DNA from: a virus
Length of the DNA: 64,000 bases
Strand: one strand, 5' to 3'
Virus record (IMG/VR): IMGVR_UViG_3300005471_000011
Location: 40,108-104,107 of that record
Shown in pieces: positions 10,501 through 19,781 of this stretch (position 1 is its first letter; each line of letters begins with the position of its first letter). Both the position numbers and the translations under genes were made by a program. The notes below the pieces were generated by a model, which saw only the letters and a list, made by a program, of their open reading frames with translations, was not told the origin of the DNA and did no database searches.

Positions 10501-11181
10501 AATCTCATCATCGACGGCTGCGTGTATCGGGGCGACACCACCGCGGGAGAACCAACGTATCGCGGACTGATGTGGGGCGACTACTGGAATGGCGGCGACT
10601 CCCACATTCGCAACTGCGACTTCCGTGGATGCATGGATGGGATTAGCGGGAACACCAACATTCACGGTACTCTGAGGATCGAGAACGTCAATCTGCTGGT
10701 GAAGCAACACGGCATTGCGATTGATACGCCGTCAACGCCGGGCACGGGCAGCGGCTCCGGGGACCAGGAAATCCGCATCGTCAACTGCCCGGAGGTGACG
10801 TTCTACGGCTCGGTGAGCCCGCGATATGAAATCGCGATGGTTTATTCGATTGCCGCTGGCAATACCAACCTGCGTGTGTTGCAGGCGGTGTACATCGAGG
10901 ACTACCACCAAGTCACTGATGACAACTTCCGCTTGTATTACGAGGAGCAGCTCAGCACATACGTGATGCCGCAGTCCGTCGGCTCACCGACGTTCCTCAC
11001 AGCTTGCCCAGAGGCTGATTTGACGAACGCGGAAGCCTACGTGGCCTACCACCAGGACGGCACCGCCAAGAGTCCGCCGGGCAGTTTAGGTGACAGCGAA
11101 GGCTGTGCGATTGCGGGGGCGGTCGCTCCAGACGACTATACGACGCGAGCAGAGATTCTCGGTCTCATCGACGAAAGCTAG
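7525..11181 (+). CDS. large virion adhesin/depolymerase-like protein (LamG-like, G8, FCCH-like and beta-helix domains)
   Basis: YFDGELNWLAVYDRTL (LamG-like); SSGPWSSSATW..GLPAAGD and VANLTSNVIVRS (G8 family); TGATNASPIVVT..NGDEVYISGV.GNTAANG (FCCH-like); right-handed beta-helix-like repeats. Confidence 0.65.
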   Translation: MRTKRKLIFVPAAAEGPSNFPSGAIGIFLLGGGSGDTIPNLVSGISDLTLVGSEDPPDDASNPPGNHDAIRFDGKLTLNSGIGPTYTHTFPLDYTKGTYAVSEPFPNTFGSGGTWGVRFRSAPWVFYGEGEYLPMASAGQMGICTFRPYDMATESELYPNIEDGARYLRFIRYDPTPGQLFMVAGEGNPELGPNSDRIDAVDAYPDYGMSDMDVDHIAIVSFTPEYVKLYVDNVLVGTTTRQTENYETDYLTIQLGLHNLIHSSERCYFDGELNWLAVYDRTLTGDATNEGENPTGEINALYEAMAAEPGTYPTYESIVLPHDTIPNLAVSADTKAISSGPWSSSATWDNGLPAAGDTWGICAGIVVDYDMGNDTTRYRAGGIAPTGRLRFPRDADSQLWIQHLMEYWDEDSGKLGWLDMGTETNPIQAAFTCETIILNEPLETGTAASPGVDPKQYGNGLISLGKWTAKGKERTRLLRLGAEPQATDTTLTLSATPTGWEDGDDLLIPDSRQLDSSTYLGNYASHWEIRQQASRSGTVVTLDSALSYDHPGGESNYSVGQGTGEADFLPHVANLTSNVIVRSEDGTGTRGHIFVTHRAHLDICDIRISQMGRTANGPASSGTQGLNNTILGKTVTGATNASPIVVTVSDDFTELRNLLHNGDEVYISGVGGNTAANGTFTIANVTLGLFVYTFELVGTTGNGAYTSGGTVNHIGTNQIGRYAFHAHHLYGPVNGVGDFSTETADLVLEATTATGDSILAATGSAGPDPIDLTGVQRQGRIERVVIDDPLPAPPSATLPASKWGMTVHGTGYLEIKDCVVLHYAGSGGAIEDGSEKHNAFIRVANFSCIGDVSARETDGRSGTGIFGIGFNNFFIDCVSAGCAGKYSGIVSGSGYLLFVPPSSTANTRQPLYPGADVHDGTEGVDYELVNILEQPIAAFYRNEAYGAIAAAIDIWHLGSGGYSTVDVTPTVLLECVSWHAWEEGLAFLYPTSNLIIDGCVYRGDTTAGEPTYRGLMWGDYWNGGDSHIRNCDFRGCMDGISGNTNIHGTLRIENVNLLVKQHGIAIDTPSTPGTGSGSGDQEIRIVNCPEVTFYGSVSPRYEIAMVYSIAAGNTNLRVLQAVYIEDYHQVTDDNFRLYYEEQLSTYVMPQSVGSPTFLTACPEADLTNAEAYVAYHQDGTAKSPPGSLGDSEGCAIAGAVAPDDYTTRAEILGLIDES

Positions 11182-11186
11182 AACCA

Positions 11187-12011
11187 ATGGCATGGACCCA
11201 GCAAGTCGAGGACACTTTTACTGGTAGTTTTACCGACCAGATCGCCGGTCGGACCCCAGATACGCAGGGATCAGCTTGGGGGGCTGATCAAGGGACGGCT
11301 GCCGACTGGGTTATTGATGTAACACCCGACGCAATCGACATCGGGGCTTCCGGCGACACTTGGATACTGAACACGACAGCGCTGGCCGACAAGCAGGCGG
11401 CGGAAGTCGTGATGAAGGATGCGCAAGGGATCATCGGCGTCGGCGTGCGGCTGGACGCTTCCGGCAACGGCTACATGGCTCGTTGGGACAGCCGAGCAAT
11501 CGCTCAGGATTTGCAGCTTTCCAAGATTTCTTCGGGGACGTTTTCCAGTCTAGGCAGTTACACGTCTGCAAATGGTGCTGATGGCGACGTGTTAAGAATT
11601 GAGGTTGATGGAACATCGTTGACCGTGCTAATCAACGGTTCTGTGGTAATAGGCCCGACGACGGATGCAACTTACAGTTCTGGCAACGCCGGAATGTGGA
11701 CGAATGCGGCAACGAACGGAAAGATCAACTCGTTTAAGGCTTTTGACGAGGCGGCTGATGAAAGCAGCTCCAGTGCGTCCTCGTCAAGCACTAGCAGCGT
11801 TTCGTCCAGTTCGACATCCTCCGCGAGCAGCTCCAGCACGAGTACGGTCAGTTCGTCATCGACGAGCAGCGAATCGTCCTCTTCGACATCTTCTGCATCC
11901 TCTAGTTCCACGTCTTCAGCGTCCAGCTCGTCAAGTTCTTCGAGCGCCGACGTTATCGCTTTTGTCCCCATCCTGAAACGGAGATACGTCCATGAGAGTT
12001 TATACGCTTGA
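11187..12011 (+). CDS. structural protein, ConA-like beta-sandwich plus poly-Ser tract
   Basis: GDVLRIEVDGTSLTVLING..TDATYSSGNAG motif followed by about 60 Ser/Thr-rich residues. Confidence 0.65.
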   Translation: MAWTQQVEDTFTGSFTDQIAGRTPDTQGSAWGADQGTAADWVIDVTPDAIDIGASGDTWILNTTALADKQAAEVVMKDAQGIIGVGVRLDASGNGYMARWDSRAIAQDLQLSKISSGTFSSLGSYTSANGADGDVLRIEVDGTSLTVLINGSVVIGPTTDATYSSGNAGMWTNAATNGKINSFKAFDEAADESSSSASSSSTSSVSSSSTSSASSSSTSTVSSSSTSSESSSSTSSASSSSTSSASSSSSSSSADVIAFVPILKRRYVHESLYA

Positions 12012-12480
12012 GCATCAGATCGCGGCGCTGAACCCGGCGGCTGGCGACAGCCTGCTGATCATCGAGCTGCCCAGTGATCTCGTCGTCGCGATCTTTAAGG
12101 TCGGGGTTTACAATCTCGACAATGACGTGCACGAAATGATCGACGTGGGGCTGTTCCGCGTCAACAACAAGGGCAGCCTTGCGGGCGGTGGCTCAGCGCC
12201 AACGCCGCGCCTGCATGACGGCGGCGATGTAGCCAGCAGCGTGGTTGTCTATGAAGCAGGCAACACTGGCATGGCAACGGAGCCGACGAGCTGGTTTTCC
12301 AATCCATACGATCAGCAGGGCGTGTCGAATCTATCCGGCTACGAGCGGGAATGGCCGCGCGACGTGTCGAAATGCCCGATCCTCAGCCCCAGCCAATTGG
12401 CTGGCCTGCGCCTGATGACGGCAGTATCCACGGGATTCAAAGCCCAGTGCCTGATTGAGTTCGCCGAGATCGGAGGCTAG
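11992..12480 (+). CDS. putative virion structural protein
   Basis: Beta-rich 162-aa ORF in the structural operon. Confidence 0.5.
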   Translation: MRVYTLEHQIAALNPAAGDSLLIIELPSDLVVAIFKVGVYNLDNDVHEMIDVGLFRVNNKGSLAGGGSAPTPRLHDGGDVASSVVVYEAGNTGMATEPTSWFSNPYDQQGVSNLSGYEREWPRDVSKCPILSPSQLAGLRLMTAVSTGFKAQCLIEFAEIGG

Positions 12481-12504
12481 TACGAATGACATGGAGGCGC
12501 AGCA

Positions 12505-12822
12505 ATGGTCACGTGGAAAATCTATTACGGGGACGCGAGCACGTTTTCCAATGAGGACGGGCCGCCTGAATCTGCGCCATGCGGCCGAGTCATCTGCGTA
12601 GCGTTCTACGACGAGGACAATCGCCGCAAACTCTGCCATCAAGCGGACTTCTACATCTGGGACAAAGGCCGCTGGTTCTCCGCCAGCGATTCCGGTTTCT
12701 GGCAGTACATGGGCGAGCCAGGTTTCAAGGTCGTGAAGTTCGGCCGTGAGATCGGCGACTTGGAATACCGGCGGATCATGTCGGCAGCAATGAACGACCT
12801 GCCGCTGGAGAACGCCGACTAA
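12505..12822 (+). CDS. hypothetical protein
   Basis: 105-aa ORF with GGAGG RBS, coupled to the next gene. Confidence 0.55.
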   Translation: MVTWKIYYGDASTFSNEDGPPESAPCGRVICVAFYDEDNRRKLCHQADFYIWDKGRWFSASDSGFWQYMGEPGFKVVKFGREIGDLEYRRIMSAAMNDLPLENAD

Positions 12823-15314
12823 TGACATGCCCGGCCGCATTCAACCAGAAAGCTTTTCGCGGCCGAAACGACGACGGCAACGAGACGACTGCCACCTGGA
12901 AGGCGAACCAGAACACCAACTGGACGCAACTCGTTGACGTCAATTTCCGGGTGCGGTTTGAGATCCAGGAGACGGCCGCTTGCGCGGGGGCCAACAAGGT
13001 TTGGCGCCTGCAATACAACCGCAATTCCGCTGGCTGGGTTGACGTCAGCGGTTCCAGCAACGTCGTGCGCGCATCCGCGTCCGCGAATTTAGCGGACGGT
13101 GCAAACCTGACCGACCAGCTCACGGTTGGGACCGGGACGTTCATCGGCGCGACTGGCTTCGACGAAGTGGACGGCAATGCCGGCGGTGCCTCGATGGACG
13201 TGGCCGCGTCCGGCCATTCGGAGTGCGAGTTTTCCGTACAACTGCGCTCGGCCGATGTGTCGGACGGCGACGCGATTCAGCTTCGCGTCAGCGACGCCGG
13301 GACGGCAATCGCCGCATACGATGCGACGCCTAGCATGACCGCAGACGTGCAAAGCGCCAGCTCTGCAAGCTCGGTCAGCAGTTCCAGCACCAGCAGCATT
13401 TCATCGTCCTCGACGAGTTCTGCGTCATCATCGTCAACGAGTTCCGCAAGCTCAGTCAGCAGCTCTAGTACCTCGTCGGCAAGCTCCAGCAGCACGTCGT
13501 CAGCCTCAAGTGTTTCCAGTTCATCAACCTCCAGCGCCAGTTCTGTTTCGTCGGAATCATCTTCCAGTACGAGCAGCGAATCTTCGTCGAGCACAAGCAC
13601 GGCCAGCTCACTGTCTTCATCATCAACTTCGTCGGCCAGCTCGGTATCAAGCAGCAGTTCTAGTACCTCGCAGAGCGCCGGCGGTACCAGCTATCGTTAC
13701 GTCATCACGCGGCGGACGACGCGGTTCCTGTACGAGGAATATCCGCTGCCAAGAACAGCCGCGGATCGCCTGGCACCACAGGAGGAAGAAAGCAGCAATA
13801 GTTCTAGCTCGACCTCCAGCGCAAGTTCTTCGTCAACGTCTAGCGCTTCGTCCTCAAGCACGAGCACGGAATCATCGAGCGTCAGCAGCTCCTCGACATC
13901 CACGGCTTCAAGCAGCTCAACCTCGTCGGCGTCGTCGAGCAGCACGAGCACCGCTTCCTCGCTGAGTAGCGAATCCAGCGTCAGTTCGGTTTCGAGTTCC
14001 TCTACTAGCAGCGAGTCATCAAGCAGTACGTCCTCGGCAAGTAGTATTTCGTCATCGAGCACCAGTAGCGCCAGTTCTGTTTCCAGCAGCTCAACATCCT
14101 CACCGACAAGCGAATCCAGCGCTAGTTCGGTGTCCAGCTCCAGCGTCAGTAGCTCATCCACCTCCAGCGAATCATCTTCCAGTACATCGTCGATCAGCTC
14201 TAGCTCCACAAGCACTGCCTCCACAAGTTCTTCTGGCGTTGGCCCAACCATCGTTTATGTGGTGATCCGGCGAACCATGCGGTTTGCTAAGCCGGAAGAT
14301 GATCGCTCGGACGCCGTCATCGTCGAAACGACTGTTGTCGAAGATGAGGAGTCGAGTTCATCCACAGCCAGCAGCGTTTCTTCGTCGAGCACAAGTTCCG
14401 CCAGCTCCAGCTCGACATCCACTGTTTCTTCATCCTCGACCAGCTCGGCAAGTTCGGTCAGTTCGGTCAGTAGTAGCTCCACTTCATCCGCTTCTTCAAG
14501 CAGCACGTCGAGCGTCTCAATCGCCAGTTCGCTGAGTTCGGTTTCCAGCTTATCGACATCAAGCATCTCGTCGTCTAGCACCAGTACCGCGAGTAGCAGC
14601 GTTTCATCCTCTAGCACTAGCAGTGCGAGCAGCAGCTCGACATCCAGCGCATCCTCAAGCAGCACGTCAACGCAAAGCAGCTCAGTATCGAGTTCTTCTA
14701 CGTCGAGCATTTCAAGCAGCTCTACGTCGTCGATCAGCTCTAGCTCAACGTCAACCGAAAGCAGTTCCCAGTCGGTGGACGAGTCAACGTCCAGCACGCG
14801 ATCTTCGTCCAGCACGTCGAGCATTTCGAGTTCATCGACCTCCTCCGCATCGTCGATCAGCTCCGTCAGCAGCAGCTCGACCTCCAGCGTTAGCTCGGCA
14901 TCCTCCGCCAGCTCGTCTAGCACGAGCACCGCGTCGAGTTTGTCCAGCTCCTCAACGTCCTCGGTCAGCAGCGTTAGTTCTGTTTCAAGTTCAAGCACCT
15001 CAAGCGTCAGCAGCGCATCGACGCTCAGCTCCTCTTCGACGAGTTCAATCTCCAGCCTGTCCTCGGCCAGCTCGCAAAGTTCCTCCAGCACCAGCTCGGC
15101 AAGCAGTTCCTCGACAAGCAGCATCTCCTCATCGAGCACGAGTAGCCTGTCTTCTCAAAGCAGTTCCAGCCTTTCCACGAGTTCCAGCTCCAGCGGTTTG
15201 GGATTGTTTCCGGCCTGCGCAGGTGCTACAAGGGTTGGGATTGCTCACGCGGGAGCACGACGGGTAGGACCATACACTGCGGGGGCGCAGCGCAAGTCGG
15301 AGGAACGCGAATGA
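12822..15314 (+). CDS. poly-serine (mucin-like) structural protein
   Basis: Globular N-terminal domain of about 175 aa, then three long Ser/Thr tracts separated by Y/V-VI-RRT-RF linkers; Ser encoded by mixed codons. Confidence 0.75.
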   Translation: MTCPAAFNQKAFRGRNDDGNETTATWKANQNTNWTQLVDVNFRVRFEIQETAACAGANKVWRLQYNRNSAGWVDVSGSSNVVRASASANLADGANLTDQLTVGTGTFIGATGFDEVDGNAGGASMDVAASGHSECEFSVQLRSADVSDGDAIQLRVSDAGTAIAAYDATPSMTADVQSASSASSVSSSSTSSISSSSTSSASSSSTSSASSVSSSSTSSASSSSTSSASSVSSSSTSSASSVSSESSSSTSSESSSSTSTASSLSSSSTSSASSVSSSSSSTSQSAGGTSYRYVITRRTTRFLYEEYPLPRTAADRLAPQEEESSNSSSSTSSASSSSTSSASSSSTSTESSSVSSSSTSTASSSSTSSASSSSTSTASSLSSESSVSSVSSSSTSSESSSSTSSASSISSSSTSSASSVSSSSTSSPTSESSASSVSSSSVSSSSTSSESSSSTSSISSSSTSTASTSSSGVGPTIVYVVIRRTMRFAKPEDDRSDAVIVETTVVEDEESSSSTASSVSSSSTSSASSSSTSTVSSSSTSSASSVSSVSSSSTSSASSSSTSSVSIASSLSSVSSLSTSSISSSSTSTASSSVSSSSTSSASSSSTSSASSSSTSTQSSSVSSSSTSSISSSSTSSISSSSTSTESSSQSVDESTSSTRSSSSTSSISSSSTSSASSISSVSSSSTSSVSSASSASSSSTSTASSLSSSSTSSVSSVSSVSSSSTSSVSSASTLSSSSTSSISSLSSASSQSSSSTSSASSSSTSSISSSSTSSLSSQSSSSLSTSSSSSGLGLFPACAGATRVGIAHAGARRVGPYTAGAQRKSEERE

Positions 15315-15691
15315 CGGTTGCCAACAATGCGGGGCTGACGTTCTACGCCGAGCGCAACCGCAAGTGCGTGTTCGAGGTGCCAATCGGGGAAGCGGACCTT
15401 GACGACGCTTTGATCGCCAGCGACGACAATGTTCGCGTCAAGATCGGGCGCAATGGGCAGGCACCGCTTCTAGAAATCCAAAGCGCCAGCGCAACGGACA
15501 ACGGGAGCATCTGCACGGCCGCCAACCCAACTATTGTCACCATCGCGGCCGGGGACATGACTTTCGCCGCCGGCATCTACGATATGGAGGTTCTGATCAT
15601 CGACAAGTCGGAAGCCAACGCGCCGAAGAAGGCGGAGACCGGCGTGTTTGTCTTGCGTGAATCTTTCGGCGGAGATGTTGGGCTAACGTAA
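15311..15691 (+). CDS. BppU-like Ig-fold structural protein
   Basis: VTIAAGD..FAAGIYDMEVLI..ETGVFVLR pattern. Confidence 0.5.
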   Translation: MTVANNAGLTFYAERNRKCVFEVPIGEADLDDALIASDDNVRVKIGRNGQAPLLEIQSASATDNGSICTAANPTIVTIAAGDMTFAAGIYDMEVLIIDKSEANAPKKAETGVFVLRESFGGDVGLT

Positions 15692-15702
15692 ATGGTGCCA
15701 CT

Positions 15703-16527
15703 ATGATTGTCCTTGAGGCTGAACTTCGCGGGGCGCTGGGATTGCTGCCGAACATCACCGACGTGCAGCGGGTGCGGTGCACGCTGGCGCTGCTGGGCGG
15801 GCACGCTGCCGTGCGGACCTATATCCACTACGACCCCGAGCAAAAGGCAGGTATTGCTGAGTTCTACCCCAGGAACGAGCTGAGCGCCGTAGAAAGCCTT
15901 GACGGCACGTGGGACGTGTCCGGCGGCAAGGCTGTCTTTGAAGGCGACACGCTGCTCGGAAGGTATTTGCAACTTCAGCGGCTTCCGGTTCGTGCAGTCA
16001 CTGATCTTCGCGTTGACCTGGACGCACGCAGCGGGCAAGGAGCAGGGGATTTTGCATCCGATACCATCTGGACCGTCGGCGAGGACTACTGGGTGGAGTG
16101 GGACCAGGCGAATGTGTGCTTATCGGGGCAGTTGATCAGCGACCGCGGTTGGCCAGCATCCATCGGTAAGGTCCGCGTCGTCTATCGCGCGGGCTATAGT
16201 CCAATCGAGTTCAATGGTCCGGCGGCGGAAAGCGACACCGATGGCGAGGATGTCATCACGACGCAAGGGATTGACGCCAGCGCGCTGAAGTACGGCTGCC
16301 TGATGGCTTGCGTCGCCAAGTTCCATACCCTTAGCTCGTGGGCGGTCAACTCGATCACCGGATCGCTCACCACCGGTCCGCTCCAGAGCGAACGCATGGG
16401 CGACTACAACTATACGCTCGCCAATCCCCAGGCTTCGTCGCTAGTCGCCGGCATGGCAAATACGCTGCCGAACGAGATCAAAGAATACCTTGAGCCCTTC
16501 GTCAATTATGGGATTCTCGTTGGATGA
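15703..16527 (+). CDS. head-tail connector/adaptor protein
   Basis: LQRLPVRAVT, VRVVYRAGY, SERMGDYNYT, LP.EIKEYLEPF motifs typical of gp6/gp15-like adaptors. Confidence 0.7.
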   Translation: MIVLEAELRGALGLLPNITDVQRVRCTLALLGGHAAVRTYIHYDPEQKAGIAEFYPRNELSAVESLDGTWDVSGGKAVFEGDTLLGRYLQLQRLPVRAVTDLRVDLDARSGQGAGDFASDTIWTVGEDYWVEWDQANVCLSGQLISDRGWPASIGKVRVVYRAGYSPIEFNGPAAESDTDGEDVITTQGIDASALKYGCLMACVAKFHTLSSWAVNSITGSLTTGPLQSERMGDYNYTLANPQASSLVAGMANTLPNEIKEYLEPFVNYGILVG

Positions 16528-16718
16528 GCTTGCCGACAAACCTGTACTGCGAATGCGGACGCATCGCACTTTACGCGCGGAACGTACAAGGCAAGGCACG
16601 AGCGCAAAGCGTCTGCCGGGAGTGCCACGAGCAGGAAGTCCGCAACAGCATTCGCGAGCCTGGTTTTATTGAGTCTCGCGCCGAGCGCATCATCCGCAAG
16701 CCGATTGGGTCTGTATGA
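16524..16718 (+). CDS. small zinc-finger protein
   Basis: CECG..CREC; overlapping start/stop with both neighbours. Confidence 0.45.
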   Translation: MSLPTNLYCECGRIALYARNVQGKARAQSVCRECHEQEVRNSIREPGFIESRAERIIRKPIGSV

Positions 16719-17176
16719 TCTACAAACTGACGGAACAAGTCTGGTGGGGCAACTGGGAATCGCCAGTGGAGGCCGGGCGGGATGTTCGCTGCATCATCAA
16801 TGTTGCACATAGCTTCAGCCGCCGCCGAGGACGGAATGCCTATTGGGCGCGCCAAGAGCAGGTCCCGTGGGAGACGATTACCTTTCGATTTGCCAAGAAG
16901 GACCGGATGGATGTGACGCCTGAATACCTGGCAGCAATAGCGTCCGCCGTTGATTCAGCAGTGCTTCTCGGCAAGCTGCCAATCTTGACGCATTGCCAGA
17001 TGGGCGGGCATCGCGGGCCAACCACTGCCTTGTTCGTCGCGTGGCATTTGGCGGGCAGAACGCGATCCGCCTTCAATGAGCTGCACGCCAAGGCGCTGAA
17101 GTTGTTCCCGCGTCTCGCCAACGGCAGCAATTTTTACAAGTCAACGCTGGCTTTCTGCGAAGTGAACAGCCGATGA
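16715..17176 (+). CDS. dual-specificity/tyrosine phosphatase-like protein
   Basis: ILTHCQMGGHRGPT matches the HCx5R PTP signature; IINVA N-terminal motif. Confidence 0.7.
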   Translation: MIYKLTEQVWWGNWESPVEAGRDVRCIINVAHSFSRRRGRNAYWARQEQVPWETITFRFAKKDRMDVTPEYLAAIASAVDSAVLLGKLPILTHCQMGGHRGPTTALFVAWHLAGRTRSAFNELHAKALKLFPRLANGSNFYKSTLAFCEVNSR

Positions 17177-17526
17177 GCCTGCTCGACAACTTTCCGCACA
17201 CGATTGACTTAGCCAGGGCGACGTACAGCGTTGGCGGCTACGGTGGCGACAAGCATACGCTGACGAGCTTCATTACGGGAGAAGCCGCGTGGGTTCAGGT
17301 CGCTTCGCAAAAAGAAATCGCGGAGTTCGCAAAGAAAGACCAGGACGTCAGCCACAAGATTTACCTTCGCCGCGATCCAGGACTTCAGCTTGACGACGAT
17401 ATCTTGGTCCACGGCGGACCCTACGACGGCAAGCACCTAAAGGCGAAGAGCTGGGCGGACGCGACGGCTGGCCTTGGGTACGCATGGAAGTTGTTCGCAT
17501 CCCTCAACCGCGAGTCGCAAGCATGA
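17173..17526 (+). CDS. head closure (stopper) protein
   Basis: Size, position and HKIYLR.DPGL..DD.I pattern. Confidence 0.55.
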   Translation: MSLLDNFPHTIDLARATYSVGGYGGDKHTLTSFITGEAAWVQVASQKEIAEFAKKDQDVSHKIYLRRDPGLQLDDDILVHGGPYDGKHLKAKSWADATAGLGYAWKLFASLNRESQA

Positions 17527-17864
17527 ACGTCGTTGGATTCGCCTCGCTGGATGATTTCATCGGCGAGCTGCGCCGCGAGAAAAACAACATCGCCGACCGC
17601 ATCGTGCGCTGGCACGAGAACCGCAGCCCGGAGCAGGAAGAACAGCTAACATTTCACTTGGAAGTCTGGGCGACAGCCATCGCCAAGTGCGAGGACAATG
17701 ACTACCTGCTGGAGTTCGAAGCGGCGGCGGGACGGGACAGCGAGATCGACGGGGACCGCTCCAGCGAAGCCAGCCAGCGGGCGGCGACGGCACGCGCCAA
17801 GCTAGCGGAAGCGTGCGACGACCTGGGGCTGCAACTGCGTCCCGGCAAGATTGAGGTCTGCTAG
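17523..17864 (+). CDS. hypothetical protein
   Basis: ATG at 17523 coupled to the upstream stop. Confidence 0.5.
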   Translation: MNVVGFASLDDFIGELRREKNNIADRIVRWHENRSPEQEEQLTFHLEVWATAIAKCEDNDYLLEFEAAAGRDSEIDGDRSSEASQRAATARAKLAEACDDLGLQLRPGKIEVC

Positions 17865-18344
17865 ATGGCGAAGCTGCCAAATTCGCGCATGCCGCTGGAA
17901 GCGTTCAACGCCCGCACGCTCAAAAATTGGAACCTCAAGCGGATCAAGTTCGACGTTCGGCTCAACCTGAACATCGACCGGCTGGTTGCCAATACCAAGC
18001 TGACGGTCGCGCAGAGGATCAAGATTGCAGGCCAGCTACTGCGCGACGGCGTTGTGGTAAATTTGTCCCGCCCAGTCCGCAAGTACCGCAGCAAGCGCAC
18101 CGGCAAGATGGTGGTCGATCCCAAGAGCCGCAGCGTGCGCGGGGAATTCCCGCGTGCCGATACGACGCGGCTTCTCAAGGACATCTACCATCTCTTCCGG
18201 TCGGAGGAGCTTGCCAGCTACGTAGGCACGCGCCTGCTATACGGGAAGATTCTGGAAACGAGAATGGATCGTTCGTTCCTGCGCCGCACACTGAATGAGC
18301 TGCGCGGAAAATTGCTGATGATCGTCCGGGGAAGCAAGCTATAA
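17865..18344 (+). CDS. HK97 gp10-like tail completion protein
   Basis: Basic protein with GE.P.ADT.RL, VGT.L.YG.ILE, RSFLRRTL motifs. Confidence 0.65.
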   Translation: MAKLPNSRMPLEAFNARTLKNWNLKRIKFDVRLNLNIDRLVANTKLTVAQRIKIAGQLLRDGVVVNLSRPVRKYRSKRTGKMVVDPKSRSVRGEFPRADTTRLLKDIYHLFRSEELASYVGTRLLYGKILETRMDRSFLRRTLNELRGKLLMIVRGSKL

Positions 18345-18351
18345 TCCGGCC

Positions 18352-18870
18352 ATGACAATTAACCCCCGCGGCAGTTGGTCCATCCATAAGGCAATCGAAG
18401 AGCGCTGGGTGGACAAGGGCTTGGACACAGCATTCCGCGCCGAGTGGCCCACCCCGGCTACCACGCAGTATCTCAGCCTGAACGATTCAGAGGCGCGCCC
18501 CGGCAAGCCGATCCATCCGACGCCGTATTGCGTCTATGAGGTTGGCGAGCCAATCATCCTGAGCCACAGCACGGGCGCGGCAGATGACGACGTTCCGGTG
18601 GATACCCATCGCAAGTACATCGACGTTCCTGTGCAGTTCACGATCTACGCCATACAGAAGGGTGCTTTAAACGGCAAAGAGATGGCTGTCCAGTTCGCCA
18701 AGCTTGTCGCCCGGCAATTCGACAGGGCTTTATATACGCTTGAGGAGGACGAGCAGATCGACGTGATGATCGATCCCGACTTCGGCACCAGGCAGGATGA
18801 CCAGACCTGGTCCTGGACGCTCCAGTACCGCATCAGAATCGAAGGCAAGTATCTGATCGCCTTGTCTTGA
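18352..18870 (+). CDS. tail terminator protein
   Basis: PTPYCVY, VQFTIYA motifs; position between gp10-like and tail tube genes. Confidence 0.55.
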   Translation: MTINPRGSWSIHKAIEERWVDKGLDTAFRAEWPTPATTQYLSLNDSEARPGKPIHPTPYCVYEVGEPIILSHSTGAADDDVPVDTHRKYIDVPVQFTIYAIQKGALNGKEMAVQFAKLVARQFDRALYTLEEDEQIDVMIDPDFGTRQDDQTWSWTLQYRIRIEGKYLIALS

Positions 18871-18998
18871 GCGTTACGGCTTGACCCGCCGGAGAGGCGG
18901 GTGCTACAACTACGCTCTGCATTCGGACCCGGCGCGAGCATTCCGCTCGCAACGCCTCGCCGCTGGTTCGCACCTTCCTTGGGAAGCGGTGCGCGGCG

Positions 18999-19766
18999 AT
19001 GAACCGAAGCGCGAGCGGCAAGATTCGGCTAACGCTGGAATCCACGCTGGTCAACTTGCTTGACAGCCAAGTCCCGGCGACCTGCTCCGTCGGCGCGGAC
19101 TTCTCGGCCACGCTGAACAACGGCATCGAAGCTGACCAGTTTAACCGCGCCTGGGCAAGCGGGGACCGGGCGCTTTCTTCCGGCGCAAGCGAGACGCTCG
19201 ACCTTTACCAAATGACCGGCATGGACATCGGTGCCGGAGCGGGCAATGACGGCTTGGGGTTGGCGTGCCTTTTTGAAGAGATCGTCGCCATTGTGATCAA
19301 TGTTTCGGCAGGGACCGGGGCGCTGGAAATCGAGCCCGGTGGCGCAAGTGGGTTGACGGCACTGGGGATATTGACGGCGGCGCTGGGCGGCGCGTTGAGC
19401 TTGAACGACTCACTGGTGCGGATTGCCAGATCGGCCGGCGGGATCGACCTATCCTCGACCAAGAAAAATGTCAAGTTCACTGCCAACGGTGGGCCGGTCA
19501 CATACTCCGTGACGATCTTCGGACGCCATGACGACGAGGAAAGCTCATCTTCCAGCAGCAGCTCCACCAGTTCGCTGTCTTCTTCGAGCACGTCGTCCGT
19601 AAGCAGCGAGTCGTCCAGTAGCACCGCAAGCTCCAGCACAACTTCAACTTTGAGCAGCGTCAGCAGCTCTAGCACGTCGAGCGTTTCTTCGTCGAGCACT
19701 TCATCCGCGAGCAGTTCGTCTTCATCCACTAGCACAGCGAGCAGCAGCTCGTCCAGCAGTTCCTAG
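18999..19766 (+). CDS. poly-Ser structural protein (paralogue of 25922 and 27638 genes)
   Basis: About 178-aa domain ending GRHDDEE, then a Ser tract to the C-terminus. Confidence 0.7.
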   Translation: MNRSASGKIRLTLESTLVNLLDSQVPATCSVGADFSATLNNGIEADQFNRAWASGDRALSSGASETLDLYQMTGMDIGAGAGNDGLGLACLFEEIVAIVINVSAGTGALEIEPGGASGLTALGILTAALGGALSLNDSLVRIARSAGGIDLSSTKKNVKFTANGGPVTYSVTIFGRHDDEESSSSSSSSTSSLSSSSTSSVSSESSSSTASSSTTSTLSSVSSSSTSSVSSSSTSSASSSSSSTSTASSSSSSSS

Positions 19767-19781
19767 TAAGGAAACACCACG

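Noticed and set aside
12822-15314. DNA tandem repeat or DGR variable region in the Ser tracts
   Set aside because: Codons are scrambled, no template/variable repeat pair differing at adenines was found, and there is no reverse transcriptase in the window.
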